From Halorutilales archaeon Cl-col2-1 (GTDB lineage Archaea > Halobacteriota > Halobacteria > Halobacteriales > Afararchaeaceae): DNA of 64,000 bases. Under the pieces are notes generated by a model. It was not told the origin of the DNA. It ran no database searches and saw nothing but the letters and a program-made list of their open reading frames with translations. A program made the translations under genes and the position numbers. Shown here in pieces: positions 36,675 to 47,843 of this stretch. The stretch is taken from contig CP169074.1 of assembly GCA_041891055.1 (NCBI GenBank), positions 1 through 64,000 on the forward strand, given 5' to 3'. Numbering within the stretch: the stretch's first letter is position 1; every line of letters begins with the position of its first letter.

Positions 36675-38657
36675 GTGAAGACTCGTACGGGAGTACTTGA
36701 CACAGTCGTTTTCGGGGTCGACGTACAGAGCGGCGACGTGAGAGGTGACTCTCCCTCTTACGCCGTAGTGGCTTTCGACGGTGAGAACATCGACAGGGAC
36801 GTAGTCTCACACAGGAAGCTTCTGCGTCTCATACAGAGAGAGGAGCCCGACATAGTCGCGACTGACAACATGTACGAGGTAGCCGAGGACAAGAAAGACC
36901 TCGTGGGGTTCCTACGTAACCTACCCTCCGAGACGCGTTTAGTACAGGTCACGGGAGACGAACGTCCCGAACCCCTCTCCCGAGTCGCGGCGCGCCACGG
37001 AGTGCCGTACGGAAAGAAGCCCATAAAGGAGGCGGAGGCGGCGGCACGTCTCGCCGCCGACAACGTCGGATACGTCGTCTCGGCGTTCGAGGACACGACA
37101 CGTCTCAAGGTGTCGAGGGGACGGTCGACGGGGAAGGGCGGCTGGAGCCAAGACCGTTACACGAGAAGGATACACGGCGCGGTCAGGAGACGTTCGAGAG
37201 GGATAGAGGAGAAGCTCGACAACGAGGGCTTTGAGTACGATCTCGATGTCACAGAGAAGTACGGCGGATACTCGAACGCCGTCTTCACTGTCGAAGCGAG
37301 AGCCGGTGAGGTACCTGTGTCGTCGGAGAGGTCGGGTGACGTGCGTGTCGAGGTCGAGGAGGTGCGTAAGGACGGAATAGAGTTCGAGCCCCTCGCCCGC
37401 AGACGTGACTACGTCATAGTCGGCATGGATCCAGGTACGACCACAGCCGTAGGAGTCGTGGGACTCGACGGTGAGATACTCAACGTCGTGAGCACACGTA
37501 CCTCCGACATCTCTGAGATCATAGAGTGGATAGTCGAGAGGGGACGTCCCGTAGTCGTCGCCGCAGACGTCACTCCGATGCCCGACACAGTCGAGAAGGT
37601 TAGGAGGAGCTTCGACGCCGCCGGATGGAAGCCCGACGAGGATCTCCGTGTCAACCATAAACAGCGCGTAACCTCGGAGTACTCCTACGACAACGACCAC
37701 GAGAGGGACGCAGTCGCCGCCGCACTCTTCGCGTTCGACGAGTACGACGAGAGGTTCGAGAGAATATCACGTAAGGTACCTCCGGGACTGGAGGACGGCG
37801 AGGTAATACGCCGCGTGGTCGCGTACGAGGAGTCGGTTGAGACGGCGATAGATGTCCTCACCGAGACAGAAGACGAAGACGACGAGGACGGCGGACACTC
37901 GCCGCGCGAACTCACTGAGGACGAGAGACGTATAAAGGATCTCGAGAAACAGGTCGAACGTCTCAAGTCGTACGTCGACGACCTCGAAGGGACAGTAGAG
38001 GAGAAAAACGACGAGATCGACGAGCTTCAGGAACGTCTCTCCGAGAGACGCCGAGAGGAGAAGAAGGAGATACGTAAGACCGACGAGGTCAGACGTCTCG
38101 AAAAGAAAAACCAGAGGCTCGAACACAAGCTCACGTCGGTCGAGGAGAAGTACGACGACCTCAGATCGAAGTTCGAGAGACTCAAGAAGTTCTGGAAGCT
38201 CGACCACTCGAACTTCTCCGACGTCGCCGGAGACGCCGACGGCTACACCTCGGTCAAGATAATAGACAAGTTCACGAAGTCGGCGATAGACGAGACAGAC
38301 GAACGCACGGGTCTCGTCGAGGACGACGTCATACTCCTGCGTGACGCGAGCGGAGCGGGTAGAAGCACTGCCGAGAAGCTCGCATCGGTCGAGCCGCGTC
38401 TCGTCCTCAAGAACGGAGGGATCTCTGAGGTAGCCGACGAGGTACTATTCGAGAACCGGATTCCCGTCGGAGACGCCGACGATGTCAAGGTACGTGAGGT
38501 CGATGACCTCGCGATAGGCTTAGAGTCGGACGTCGAGGATGTCATAGAGGACTGGGAGGAGAGAGCCGAGGAGAGGAAGAGAAAGAGGAGTTCGGAGATG
38601 GTCGACAGCCTCATAACCGAGTACAGGGCTGAGAGAAAGAGAGAGACGAGCGACTAA
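36675..38657 (+). CDS. DUF460 domain protein (RNase H-like fold + coiled coil)
   Basis: GVDVQSGD, GKGGWSQDRY, VGMDPGTTTA, NDHERDA, long coiled coil. Confidence 0.88.
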   Translation: MKTRTGVLDTVVFGVDVQSGDVRGDSPSYAVVAFDGENIDRDVVSHRKLLRLIQREEPDIVATDNMYEVAEDKKDLVGFLRNLPSETRLVQVTGDERPEPLSRVAARHGVPYGKKPIKEAEAAARLAADNVGYVVSAFEDTTRLKVSRGRSTGKGGWSQDRYTRRIHGAVRRRSRGIEEKLDNEGFEYDLDVTEKYGGYSNAVFTVEARAGEVPVSSERSGDVRVEVEEVRKDGIEFEPLARRRDYVIVGMDPGTTTAVGVVGLDGEILNVVSTRTSDISEIIEWIVERGRPVVVAADVTPMPDTVEKVRRSFDAAGWKPDEDLRVNHKQRVTSEYSYDNDHERDAVAAALFAFDEYDERFERISRKVPPGLEDGEVIRRVVAYEESVETAIDVLTETEDEDDEDGGHSPRELTEDERRIKDLEKQVERLKSYVDDLEGTVEEKNDEIDELQERLSERRREEKKEIRKTDEVRRLEKKNQRLEHKLTSVEEKYDDLRSKFERLKKFWKLDHSNFSDVAGDADGYTSVKIIDKFTKSAIDETDERTGLVEDDVILLRDASGAGRSTAEKLASVEPRLVLKNGGISEVADEVLFENRIPVGDADDVKVREVDDLAIGLESDVEDVIEDWEERAEERKRKRSSEMVDSLITEYRAERKRETSD

Positions 38658-38674
38658 GACTAACAGACGTTAAC

Positions 38675-39043
38675 TTACAGACCTCTATCTCCGTCTTCGT
38701 CTCTGAATATGAGTCTGTCGCCCTCCTCGACACCGTCTAAGCCTCCCGCCTTAGTCTCTATGACCCTCTTAGCCTCGTGGGACACGTACCCCGTCCACGC
38801 CTCCATACGTGTCTTCTTCACGACCCTGTTGTCTGAGTCGAGGAAGACGGCGTCGATACCGAAGAAGACAAAGACCATGTGGAGACGTACCTTCTTCTCG
38901 GAGTCGAACTCGAAGACTAAGGCGTAGCCGTCGGGAACTGACTCTGAACGTCGGAACATCAGACCCAGAGACTTAGACAGGAAGGTATCGGCGACCTCGG
39001 CTTCTTCTGTGACTACATTGCTGTTCTGAGTCTCTATTCTCAT
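38675..39043 (-). CDS. DUF192 (UPF0127) protein
   Basis: ADTFLSKSLGLMFR, LHMVFVFFGIDAVFLD, VIETKAG. Confidence 0.88.
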   Translation of the reverse strand: MRIETQNSNVVTEEAEVADTFLSKSLGLMFRRSESVPDGYALVFEFDSEKKVRLHMVFVFFGIDAVFLDSDNRVVKKTRMEAWTGYVSHEAKRVIETKAGGLDGVEEGDRLIFRDEDGDRGL

Positions 39044-39071
39044 CTTATTCTATTCTTATGACGTCTCAGAC

Positions 39072-39398
39072 TCAGACGGGTATCCCGTGTTCCTCGACTA
39101 TCTCCTCCCGGAGTATGAGGTCGGCGTTCGCTCTGACGTAGTCGGGAGCGTCGTCTGCTATCAGAACCGCCTTGAGGTCGGGATTGACGTGTTTGGCGAC
39201 AGTGACCTGTACAGACTTCTCGCCGCCGTAGACCACGAAGATGTCGGCGTCGTCTATACCCGCCTCGATCAGGGCGTCCTCACCGACCCCCTCGGCTTCG
39301 ACGACCTCGACATCGACCTCCTCGGCTTCGTCATCTTCACTCTCACCGAGGTCGAACTTTCTCAGTCTCTCCGGGACTCCGAGAACGACTACCTTCAT
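39072..39398 (-). CDS. Small conserved haloarchaeal protein downstream of the GMP synthase gene
   Basis: LIEAGIDDAD..VTVAKHVNPDL; operonic with pyrG and the GMP synthase gene. Confidence 0.72.
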   Translation of the reverse strand: MKVVVLGVPERLRKFDLGESEDDEAEEVDVEVVEAEGVGEDALIEAGIDDADIFVVYGGEKSVQVTVAKHVNPDLKAVLIADDAPDYVRANADLILREEIVEEHGIPV

Positions 39399-40316
39399 CT
39401 ATTCGTACTCTATCGTCGCAGGTGGCTTGTGTGTGACGTCGTAGACGACACGTGCGACGTTGGGATGTGCCCCCGTTATCCTCGACTGTATCCTCTGGAG
39501 GCTCTCCCACGGTATGTCCATCGCCTGTGCGGTCATTCCGTCACGTGACTCTACGGCTCTCACGGCGACTATCCAGCCGTGAACCCTGTTGTCGCCCTTG
39601 ACTCCCGTGCCCTTTCCTACGACTGCGGCGAGAGCCTGCCACGGGTCGAACTCCTCGACCTCCTCCTCGACGACTGCGTTAGCCTCGCGCGCGACCTCTA
39701 GCTTCTCCTCTGTGACCTCGCCTATCACACGCACTGCGAGACCGGGTCCCGGGAAAGGCATCCTCTCGCTGATGTCCTCGGTGAGACCGAGTGCACGCGC
39801 GACCTCACGTACCTCGTCCTTGTAGAGCTCTCTCACGGGCTCGACGAGTCCCTCGAAGCTTATGACCTCGGGGAGACCTCCGACGTTGTGGTGGCTCTTT
39901 ATTCCACCCTCGCTCTCTATCCTGTCGGGGTATATCGTACCCTGGACGCAGTACTCCGCCTCGACCTCTGAGGCGACCTCCTCGAAGACACGCATGAACT
40001 CCTCTCCTATTATCTCGCGTTTCTCCTCCGGATCTGTGACTCCCGAGAGTGCGTCTAAGAACCTCTCTCGCGCGTCGACTATACGCAGACTCTCCATGTA
40101 GTCGAATGTCTCACGTATCTCGTCGGTCTCGCCCTTCCTCATCAGACCCGTGTCGACGTAGATAGGCGTGAGACGGCTGCCTATTGCCTCGTAGGCGAGT
40201 GCCGCGCTCACAGCCGAGTCGACGCCTCCCGACAGGGCTATGACGGCGTGACCGTCGCCGACGTCTTCCTTTATCTCCTCTACCGCTTCGTCTATGAAAC
40301 TGTCTGTGTCTACCAT
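39399..40316 (-). CDS. guaAb: GMP synthase subunit B (ATP pyrophosphatase)
   Basis: [48 protein letters not shown]. Confidence 0.96.
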   Translation of the reverse strand: MVDTDSFIDEAVEEIKEDVGDGHAVIALSGGVDSAVSAALAYEAIGSRLTPIYVDTGLMRKGETDEIRETFDYMESLRIVDARERFLDALSGVTDPEEKREIIGEEFMRVFEEVASEVEAEYCVQGTIYPDRIESEGGIKSHHNVGGLPEVISFEGLVEPVRELYKDEVREVARALGLTEDISERMPFPGPGLAVRVIGEVTEEKLEVAREANAVVEEEVEEFDPWQALAAVVGKGTGVKGDNRVHGWIVAVRAVESRDGMTAQAMDIPWESLQRIQSRITGAHPNVARVVYDVTHKPPATIEYE

Positions 40317-40330
40317 CTTTGTAATCTCCT

Positions 40331-41953
40331 TTATGCCTCTATCCTGGCACCGTGTTTTCTTTCGAGCGCTGCCTCCACGAGCCCTACGAATACGGGGCTC
40401 GGCTTACCCGGACGTGACTTGAACTCGGGGTGGAACTGTGTGCCGACGAAGTAGGGGTGTTCGTCCTGTGGGAGTTCGAGTATCTCCATACGGCTGTTCG
40501 AACGTCCCGAGAAGACGAGACCGTTTTCCTCTAAGACGTCTATGTACTCGGGGTTGACCTCGAACCTGTGTCTGTGTCTCTCGCTCACCGACCTCGCGCC
40601 GTAGAGGCTGTGTGCGAGGCTGTCCTCGTCTATCTGAGTTTCTTTTTCGCCGAGACGCATCGTTCCTCCCATATCCTCGACGTCGTACTGTTCGGGGAGT
40701 ATGTCTATCACGGGATTCGGAGTCTCCTCGTCTATCTCTGTCGAGTGTGCACCGTCTAAGCCGACGACGTTACGTGCGTACTCGACGACAGCCATCTGGA
40801 AGCCGAAACACAGTCCTAAGAAGGGAACACCGTTCTCACGCGCGTACTTCACGGCGTTGACCTTGCCCTCTGTTCCTCTCTCGCCGAACCCTCCGGGAAC
40901 TATCAGACCGTCGACTTGACGTAGCTTCCTCCTGTCTTCCTCCTCCATGTCCTCGGTGTTGACCCAGAGAACCTCCGTCTCGACGTTGTGTCTCAGACCC
41001 GCGTGTTTGAGAGCCTCGTGTACGGAGAGGTAGGCGTCCTCGAACTCATACTTCCCCGCGAGGGCGATCTTGACAGTCTCGTCGGTCTCCTGTGTCACCG
41101 TCTCGCGCCAGTCTGTGTTCATCTCGTCGGCTTCCGACTCCAGACTGAGCTCCGACATCACGTACTCGTCCATTCCCTCGTCCTCAAGCGTGAGGGGAAC
41201 GTGATAGATGTCATCGACATCCGGCGTGCTTACGACTGCGTCGGTCGGTACGTCACAGAAGAGACTGATCTTCTCGCGCGTCTCGTCTTCGAGCTTGTCC
41301 TCCGATCGTCCCACGACTATGTTGGGATGGAGACCCAGCTCCCTCAGCTCCTTCACGCTGTGCTGAGTCGGCTTAGTCTTCTGTTCGCCGTTGTTAGTGA
41401 GAGGAACCAGAGTTACGTGGACGAGTAGGAAGTCGTCTTCGTCCTCCTCGTTGTGCATCTGTCTCACCGACTCAAGGAAAGGCATTCCTTCTATGTCTCC
41501 GACTGTTCCGCCGAGCTCTATTATACAGATGTCCTCATCGTCTCCCGCTTCACGTATACGTCTCTTTATGTCGTCGGTGATATGCGGAATTATCTGTACG
41601 GTCTTCCCGAGGTAGTCCCCCGACCTCTCACGGTCTATGACGTTGCTGTAGACCTTCCCAGTCGTGACGTTGTGGTCGAAGGTCATGTCGATATCGAGGA
41701 ACCTCTCGTAGTTGCCGAGATCGAGGTCGACCTCTCCGCCGTCCTTGAGGACATAGACCTCACCGTGTTCGTACGGGTTCATAGTCCCGGCGTCGACGTT
41801 GAGATAAGGATCGATCTTGACCGCGGTCACGTCGAAGCCACGGTTCTTGAGAAGCCTCCCCAACGACGCCGCAGTGATGCCCTTCCCGAGTCCGGACATC
41901 ACACCTCCGGTCACGAATATAAACTTAGTATCAGTATCAGACTCCTTCGGCAT
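40331..41953 (-). CDS. pyrG: CTP synthase
   Basis: [39 protein letters not shown]. Confidence 0.98.
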   Translation of the reverse strand: MPKESDTDTKFIFVTGGVMSGLGKGITAASLGRLLKNRGFDVTAVKIDPYLNVDAGTMNPYEHGEVYVLKDGGEVDLDLGNYERFLDIDMTFDHNVTTGKVYSNVIDRERSGDYLGKTVQIIPHITDDIKRRIREAGDDEDICIIELGGTVGDIEGMPFLESVRQMHNEEDEDDFLLVHVTLVPLTNNGEQKTKPTQHSVKELRELGLHPNIVVGRSEDKLEDETREKISLFCDVPTDAVVSTPDVDDIYHVPLTLEDEGMDEYVMSELSLESEADEMNTDWRETVTQETDETVKIALAGKYEFEDAYLSVHEALKHAGLRHNVETEVLWVNTEDMEEEDRRKLRQVDGLIVPGGFGERGTEGKVNAVKYARENGVPFLGLCFGFQMAVVEYARNVVGLDGAHSTEIDEETPNPVIDILPEQYDVEDMGGTMRLGEKETQIDEDSLAHSLYGARSVSERHRHRFEVNPEYIDVLEENGLVFSGRSNSRMEILELPQDEHPYFVGTQFHPEFKSRPGKPSPVFVGLVEAALERKHGARIEA

Positions 41954-42032
41954 ACTATCTGTAGGGAAAACCGGTTGAAAACTGTTGCTACTGGACTGGA
42001 ATACGCGAAATGTTGACGTATATGTGAGTGAG

Positions 42033-42479
42033 TCAGAACTCGTCTTCCGAAATCCGTGTCACAGTCACGTCGTCGGTGTCGTAGAGGTCGTACTCGGGAG
42101 GCTCCTCCTTGCCGTATACCGGCTCACGCAGTTCTCCGTCGACCACGCCTCTCACGAGGTAGTACTCCGTCGTATCCTCGGGATCGACATCCCTCTCGTA
42201 GAGCTTCCGCGCGAGAGACCGCGAGAGCCACTCGTGGGTGCTCACGCTCGGCTCCAGAACCTCGGAGAATCGCGCGTACCTCGTGAGGTACCAGTCGAGA
42301 TCGTTGAGAGACGCGAGTGCACCTCCGAGAGAAGACGTGCGGTATACGACCGAGTTACGTATCTCTACCTCAGACTCGACGCGGTCATACGACGAGAGTG
42401 CCTCGCGTGCGGTCTCACTCGTGACTAACTCATACTCCAGACTGACGTCCTCCCTTCCTATTATACGTACGCGTGTCAT
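42033..42479 (-). CDS. DUF5804-like archaeal protein
   Basis: [29 protein letters not shown]. Confidence 0.75.
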   Translation of the reverse strand: MTRVRIIGREDVSLEYELVTSETAREALSSYDRVESEVEIRNSVVYRTSSLGGALASLNDLDWYLTRYARFSEVLEPSVSTHEWLSRSLARKLYERDVDPEDTTEYYLVRGVVDGELREPVYGKEEPPEYDLYDTDDVTVTRISEDEF

Positions 42480-42480
42480 C

Positions 42481-43710
42481 TCAGTCCCGTCTCACGCGAA
42501 CTTTCTCCGCTCTCTCAACGGCGTCGGAGACGAGCAACCCAACATCGGTGCTTAGACTCTTTTCCTTCTCACGTACCTTTTCGAGGTCGGCGTGTGTCGT
42601 CGGATGGTGGGGGGCGAGCGACGCACATCCCTCGTCTATGTCGACTGTCGGATACGTTCCTATCACCCTCGCCTTCGCCGTAATCTCGGTCTTGTCACTT
42701 CCGAAGAGTGGTCTGTGTACGGGCATACCGACCGCCTCCGAGGTCACACGGAGGTTTCTCGCCGTCTGGCTCGACTTCTGCCCTAGCGACTCCCCTGTGA
42801 CGATACCCTCGGCGTCCTCCTTCTTAGCTATCGCCTCGGCGATCCTCAGCATGATTCTCCTGTAGATGATCATCCTGTCACGTTCGACCTCGTCGAAAAG
42901 CTGTAGGAGTATCTCGTCGGTCGGGACTCTCCAGATCTCGTCGACGTCGGGAGCGTACCTCGACAGAGACTCTACGGCGAGACGCGCCCTCTCGAAATGG
43001 TCTTCGCCTACGAGGGGGTCGAGGTCGAGGTATATAGGCACGAGGCTCGAACCCCGTCTCAGACTGTACCAAGCCGCGACGGGCGAGTCTATTCCGCCGC
43101 TTACCAAGCCGACTGTCCGTCCCTGTGATCCCACGGGAAGACCGCCGACACCCTCCATCTCCTCGACGTAGACGTAAGCCGCGTCTTCGCGCGCCTCTAC
43201 GCCTACCGAGAGGTCGGGATCATCGAGGTCGACCTCAGGCGCGTCTATCGCTTCCCAGACCGCGTCTCCTATCTTCCGTCCCATATCCTCGCTGTCGAAC
43301 GAGTGGTCGCCTGCCGACCTCGGACGTACTGCGAACTTCCCCGAGTCGAATCCGACTGCCTTTACGAGGCTCACCGCGGCGCCCTCCATCTCGTCCATCT
43401 CTGGGGATACGCGTCTTGCGGGAGAAGTCCTCACGACACCGAAGACGTCGGCTACCGCCTCAGCTGCGTCTACGACGTTATCGGAGTCTACGAAGAGACG
43501 CCCCCACTCGACCTCTATTCCGTTGTACTCAATCTCTCTGTCGTCGAGCGTGAGACGTATTCTGTCGGCTAAGAGACGCTGGAGACGTGACCTCACTGAG
43601 CTACTCTTGTTGCCTACCTCTCCGTAACGCACGAGGACTGTGTCGTACAGAGCCTCGGCTTCGACGTCTTGGGTCTCCTCGGCGTCGTTTCGTTTCGTGT
43701 CGGCTCTCAT
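42481..43710 (-). CDS. thiI: tRNA 4-thiouridine sulfurtransferase ThiI
   Basis: LVRYGEVGNK, THUMP domain, GGLPVG, SGGIDSPVA, TGESLGQKSSQT. Confidence 0.93.
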   Translation of the reverse strand: MRADTKRNDAEETQDVEAEALYDTVLVRYGEVGNKSSSVRSRLQRLLADRIRLTLDDREIEYNGIEVEWGRLFVDSDNVVDAAEAVADVFGVVRTSPARRVSPEMDEMEGAAVSLVKAVGFDSGKFAVRPRSAGDHSFDSEDMGRKIGDAVWEAIDAPEVDLDDPDLSVGVEAREDAAYVYVEEMEGVGGLPVGSQGRTVGLVSGGIDSPVAAWYSLRRGSSLVPIYLDLDPLVGEDHFERARLAVESLSRYAPDVDEIWRVPTDEILLQLFDEVERDRMIIYRRIMLRIAEAIAKKEDAEGIVTGESLGQKSSQTARNLRVTSEAVGMPVHRPLFGSDKTEITAKARVIGTYPTVDIDEGCASLAPHHPTTHADLEKVREKEKSLSTDVGLLVSDAVERAEKVRVRRD

Positions 43711-43747
43711 CTGTGAAAAGATACGGTTGAGACTCTTTTAACTCTGG

Positions 43748-45004
43748 CTAGAAAGTCGACATCTCGCCGTGTATTATGTCACGTGTGAGGTCAGTCACAT
43801 TTTCGAGGGCGTCGTCTGTGATCGACTCTATCTCGTACTCGACGTCGGAGAGTTCGACGCCTTCCTCTGTCTGAACCTGGAGACCGGCTATCTGTGGCTC
43901 GTCTATCGGCTTTCCTATCTGTGACAGGAGCTTTACCCTCAGGTCTTCTATGCCGTCGACCTCGTCGACGACCTTCCTCGCTATACGTATCGAGAGGAGG
44001 TTGTAGATCTTGCCTATGTGGTTGACGGGGTTCTTTCCGCTCGTGGCTTCGAGGCTCATGTTCCTACTCGGGGTTATGAGACCGTTGGCGCGGTTGCCCC
44101 TTCCGACGCTTCCGTCGTCTCCCATCTCCGCGCTCGTTCCCGTCTCTGTGAGGTAGAAAGTCCCCTCGTCCCGAGGACTCTTTGAGTCCTCGTGTGCACG
44201 CGAATCTTCAGATTCGCGAACGTCGTAGTCGTCGGCGGTGTTGACTGCGACGTTGAGGTCTCTGTCAGTGTGTTTCTCGGCTGTCGAGGCAACGAACTCC
44301 CTCACGTCCTCCATCACGCTGATATACTCGTCGGCGTCCTCGACGTACTCCGAGACCGTCGCCGCCGCGACCGTGAGATCTAACGTCTCGCCCTCGCGTT
44401 TCCCCATCACTTTGACGTCCTCTCCCACCGCGGGAATCTCGTGTCTCAGGTCTTCGTAGATCTGTGTCTCGGTCTCGTAGACTACCTTCTCGGTCTCGGA
44501 GAAGGGCGCGTGACCCACTCCGAACGAGGTGTCGTTTGCCTTCGGAACCGCACCGTCCTCGAGCTTGAAGACGTCCTTGAGATCTGTCGACCCCTCGCCC
44601 ATACGTACGTCGACGACGACCTCGGATTCAAGGTCGATATTCTGGAGAGTGTCGTCGATATAGTCGCGTGCCGCCTTGACAGCGAGGGTGTCGGTGGGTA
44701 TCGCCTCGCCCTCGAACTCCTTAGTCGCCCTTCCGACTATCAGGACGTAGATCGGCTCGACGACCTCACCGCCACCGAAGTCGGGCTGGCTCCGTCCTGC
44801 GACCAACTGACACTCATCTGTGTTGTGGTGGAGGACAGCACCGAACCTGTCGAGGTACTCCTGAGACAGCGCGCGCATCACCGACTCCGCAATGCCGTCA
44901 CAGATAGAGTCGGGATGTCCCATTCCCTTTCTCTCGGCGAGCTCGATCCTCTGTTGATCCACAGGGATCTCGTCGAGAGACTCCACTCTTATATTACGCT
45001 CCAT
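43748..45004 (-). CDS. mat: Archaeal methionine adenosyltransferase with an 18-codon insertion (start ATG 45004)
   Basis: [56 protein letters not shown]. Confidence 0.96.
   Translation of the reverse strand: MERNIRVESLDEIPVDQQRIELAERKGMGHPDSICDGIAESVMRALSQEYLDRFGAVLHHNTDECQLVAGRSQPDFGGGEVVEPIYVLIVGRATKEFEGEAIPTDTLAVKAARDYIDDTLQNIDLESEVVVDVRMGEGSTDLKDVFKLEDGAVPKANDTSFGVGHAPFSETEKVVYETETQIYEDLRHEIPAVGEDVKVMGKREGETLDLTVAAATVSEYVEDADEYISVMEDVREFVASTAEKHTDRDLNVAVNTADDYDVRESEDSRAHEDSKSPRDEGTFYLTETGTSAEMGDDGSVGRGNRANGLITPSRNMSLEATSGKNPVNHIGKIYNLLSIRIARKVVDEVDGIEDLRVKLLSQIGKPIDEPQIAGLQVQTEEGVELSDVEYEIESITDDALENVTDLTRDIIHGEMSTF
44171..44224. mobile_element. 54-bp double-hairpin mini-element inserted in frame in mat
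   Basis: CGTC direct repeat (44167-70 / 44221-24); CGAGGACTC ttt GAGTCCTCG-tgtgca-CGCGAATC ttca GATTCGCG-AA; removal gives ADDYDEG. Confidence 0.85.
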
Positions 45005-45101
45005 ACACAGAGTCGTCGCCGGCTGATCTAATAACTTCTGATCACATCTCCCGACGTGGGTTAAAGTTATGAGTATAGACTCCTCTAACATAACCTAACG
45101 C

Positions 45102-45776
45102 ATGGCGCGCTCCGACGAGGCAGAGGACTCGATAGTCCCCGAGGGGTACGTCGAGCCCGAGATCTCGACCCCCGAGGACGACGACCTCGACGAGGACATG
45201 GCTAAGACCCCTGACGAGATCAAACACGACGTCGAGAAGATCGACGACAGCCGTAATCTCGTCCGTCTTAACGAGAGCCAGGAAGACGAGGTGGTCACAT
45301 CTCCCCGTCAGAAAAAGAGCCGGGGTCACGGACGTGACCGTCCCAACCCCAAAACAGAGTCATCTAAGCCCAAACGCTCGTTGGAGACTGCTGTCGAACC
45401 CTCGGAGTCCGTCGACGAATCCGATGGAATAGACAGTAAGCTACGTGAGGCTCTTGAGGACAGGCACGACAACGCCTTCTACGTCGGAGTAAAGAGAGAG
45501 GGCGAGATAGAGATACTCGACTCAGACGTCGACTCCTCCGATGAAATAATCCGGGAGGTCTTCACCCAGTACGTAAGATACGAGTACGAGTCGGACGGCG
45601 GGTCGTATGAGGAGACCGCGTACGACAACCTTTCGAGGCTTCCCGTCTCGCCGCGTCTCACACCCCTCGACGTCTTCAAGATAATAAAGTCATACGACGT
45701 CTCGCCCGACGACACAGTCATGGATCTCATAGAAGAGGTCGAGAAGGGCGGAAGCAGACGTCTCGATGAACTTTAG
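45102..45776 (+). CDS. Hypothetical protein with disordered N-terminal half
   Basis: 224-aa acidic ORF, host-like codon usage, stop abuts the next gene. Confidence 0.7.
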   Translation: MARSDEAEDSIVPEGYVEPEISTPEDDDLDEDMAKTPDEIKHDVEKIDDSRNLVRLNESQEDEVVTSPRQKKSRGHGRDRPNPKTESSKPKRSLETAVEPSESVDESDGIDSKLREALEDRHDNAFYVGVKREGEIEILDSDVDSSDEIIREVFTQYVRYEYESDGGSYEETAYDNLSRLPVSPRLTPLDVFKIIKSYDVSPDDTVMDLIEEVEKGGSRRLDEL

Positions 45777-47729
45777 TTATCCTATCTTCCTGTCCTCGAC
45801 TCCCGAGATGTCGGGGGCACCCTCGGCGCCCTCCTTGAGGGGAGCCTCGCCGAACTTCTTCTTGAGTTCGTAGAGGACTTCCTCTCTCATTCCCTCGGCG
45901 AACTTTATCGAGCCTACGACGAGATGTCCTCCTCCGTCGACACCCGCTCCTCTGATCTCGTCCTTGAGTTCGTCGACTATCTGGGGTATGTCTATGCCGA
46001 CGCCGTGTCCTCTTATGACACAGAAGTCGGGTCCGTATCCTATCGTAATTACAGGATCGTCTGTCTCGTCGACCTTCGTGTCGTGTATCTCTCCCGTCGT
46101 CTTGCCGGGTCCGGGGAAGGTGAACTTGTGGGCGTACTTCTCGACGTTTATGGTGTAGAGACGCGCGCCGTTTTCGAGCCTCTCCTCCTGTACGTGGGGC
46201 ATCGCGGTCGATATCTGTCTCTCGAATGCCTCGTCGGCGCGTTGGTTGAGCTTCTCGACGAGTTCGTCGTGTACGTAATTGTCGCTCACGTCGAGTATGT
46301 CGTTGACGAGATGCCTCCCCTCGTCGTACTTGAGCCAGAACGCCTCGTAGTCGAGAGCATCAGCGACGTCCTCTAAGTGACCCTCTTCATAACCCTCTTC
46401 GACTGCCATCTCGACGTAGTCTTCCATCTCTTCAGCCTCCGACCTGTCGCCCTTGCCCGACACAGCCGGAACGTGGCGTACTTCGTCCTCGACATCGGGG
46501 TTGACGAGACGTGCTAGTTCGGTACACAGCATCCCCGAGGTTATCGAGTAGTCCTCTTCTATGAGGTAGGGGTTGACGTGTTCCTCGACGAGAGGGTCTA
46601 CCGAGTCGGGGTCGGGGAAATGGTGGTCGACTATGTAGATCGGAATGTCGTAGGTTCTCGCTATCTCGTACGCCGGAGTATCCTCCTCGGTCGATCCGTT
46701 GTCGAGCATCACGAGTATAGGCATCGAGTGACCGTGTCTATTGACGTCCTTGAGGGCGTAGTTGAGGTCACGCGTGACGTCCTCCATCTCGTAGAAGGGC
46801 GCCTTGCTCGGCGACCGCGAGAAGAGATGGTACTTCGCCTCGGGGTCGTCGTTGACCTCGTCTATCATAGAAGTCACAGCCCTCTCGACTACGACTCCGC
46901 TCGATATACCGTCGGCGTCGGCGTGGTGTCTGACTATTATCGGACGGTTGGTGAGAACAGCCTTCCTTATCGCCTTAGCTACGTTTCTGAGTCCCGGGTA
47001 GAGACTGTCTATGCTGTCGGCGTCTATGAGAGGCTCTATCTCGGGAGGCTCAGCCTTCTCGTCGAGACTCGCCTGTATTCTCTCCTCGACCTCGTCTCTC
47101 TCGTCGCCTTCGAGCTCTGTCATTTCGTCTACTTCTATCTGGAGGTCGCCGTCACGTGTCTCGACCTCTCCTCTTATACGTACGAAGTCGTCTGTCTCTA
47201 TCTCGGGATATGCACGTACACCCGCTTCGACGAACGCCGCGGTGTCGACTGTCCCCGTCTCGTCGGTGACCGTGAAGATAGTGGGACCTCCCGTCTGTTT
47301 CGTACGGACGACCTCACCCTCGACGTAGACCGACTCACCTATCCTGTCGCTGAGACTACCTATCTCCGCCCTCGTCGTCTCACACTCTATCTCGGCGTCG
47401 TTGTAGTCATGCATGAAAACGGGACGCAGATCTATGTCTCCGTTGTCCTTTATCTCCGAGACACGTACCTTGACCTCATCTCCGACTTCGAGACTCTCCG
47501 AGAGGTTCGACTCGTGTATCAGACCGCTTATGTCGTCGTTGAGGTCGACAAAGACACCGTAGTCGACCACACCGTTGACCTCACCCTCGTAGACCTTTCC
47601 CTCGTCTACCTCGTCTAATCCACACGAGTCGCCGAGATGGTACAGAACAGGTGTGCCCTCGTGCTCGCTACACAGGTCACCGCCATCCTCAACTTTCTTT
47701 CCGCAGACATCGCATCTAGATTCGTTCAT
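45777..47729 (-). CDS. RecJ-like DHH phosphoesterase with S1 and OB-fold domains
   Basis: S1 YGVFVDL..GLIHES, OB QTGGPTIF, RHHADADG, LDNGS, VDHH, GGGH. Confidence 0.9.
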   Translation of the reverse strand: MNESRCDVCGKKVEDGGDLCSEHEGTPVLYHLGDSCGLDEVDEGKVYEGEVNGVVDYGVFVDLNDDISGLIHESNLSESLEVGDEVKVRVSEIKDNGDIDLRPVFMHDYNDAEIECETTRAEIGSLSDRIGESVYVEGEVVRTKQTGGPTIFTVTDETGTVDTAAFVEAGVRAYPEIETDDFVRIRGEVETRDGDLQIEVDEMTELEGDERDEVEERIQASLDEKAEPPEIEPLIDADSIDSLYPGLRNVAKAIRKAVLTNRPIIVRHHADADGISSGVVVERAVTSMIDEVNDDPEAKYHLFSRSPSKAPFYEMEDVTRDLNYALKDVNRHGHSMPILVMLDNGSTEEDTPAYEIARTYDIPIYIVDHHFPDPDSVDPLVEEHVNPYLIEEDYSITSGMLCTELARLVNPDVEDEVRHVPAVSGKGDRSEAEEMEDYVEMAVEEGYEEGHLEDVADALDYEAFWLKYDEGRHLVNDILDVSDNYVHDELVEKLNQRADEAFERQISTAMPHVQEERLENGARLYTINVEKYAHKFTFPGPGKTTGEIHDTKVDETDDPVITIGYGPDFCVIRGHGVGIDIPQIVDELKDEIRGAGVDGGGHLVVGSIKFAEGMREEVLYELKKKFGEAPLKEGAEGAPDISGVEDRKIG

Positions 47730-47843
47730 CGCTTACGCGACCTTTGTTATAGAGTCTAAAGGCTGTTCGGGTTTTGGTTCACGATAGATATACCGTCAAA
47801 AGACTGCTAAAAGTAAAGTATCTTTGCGCCCGATGTACAAGGT

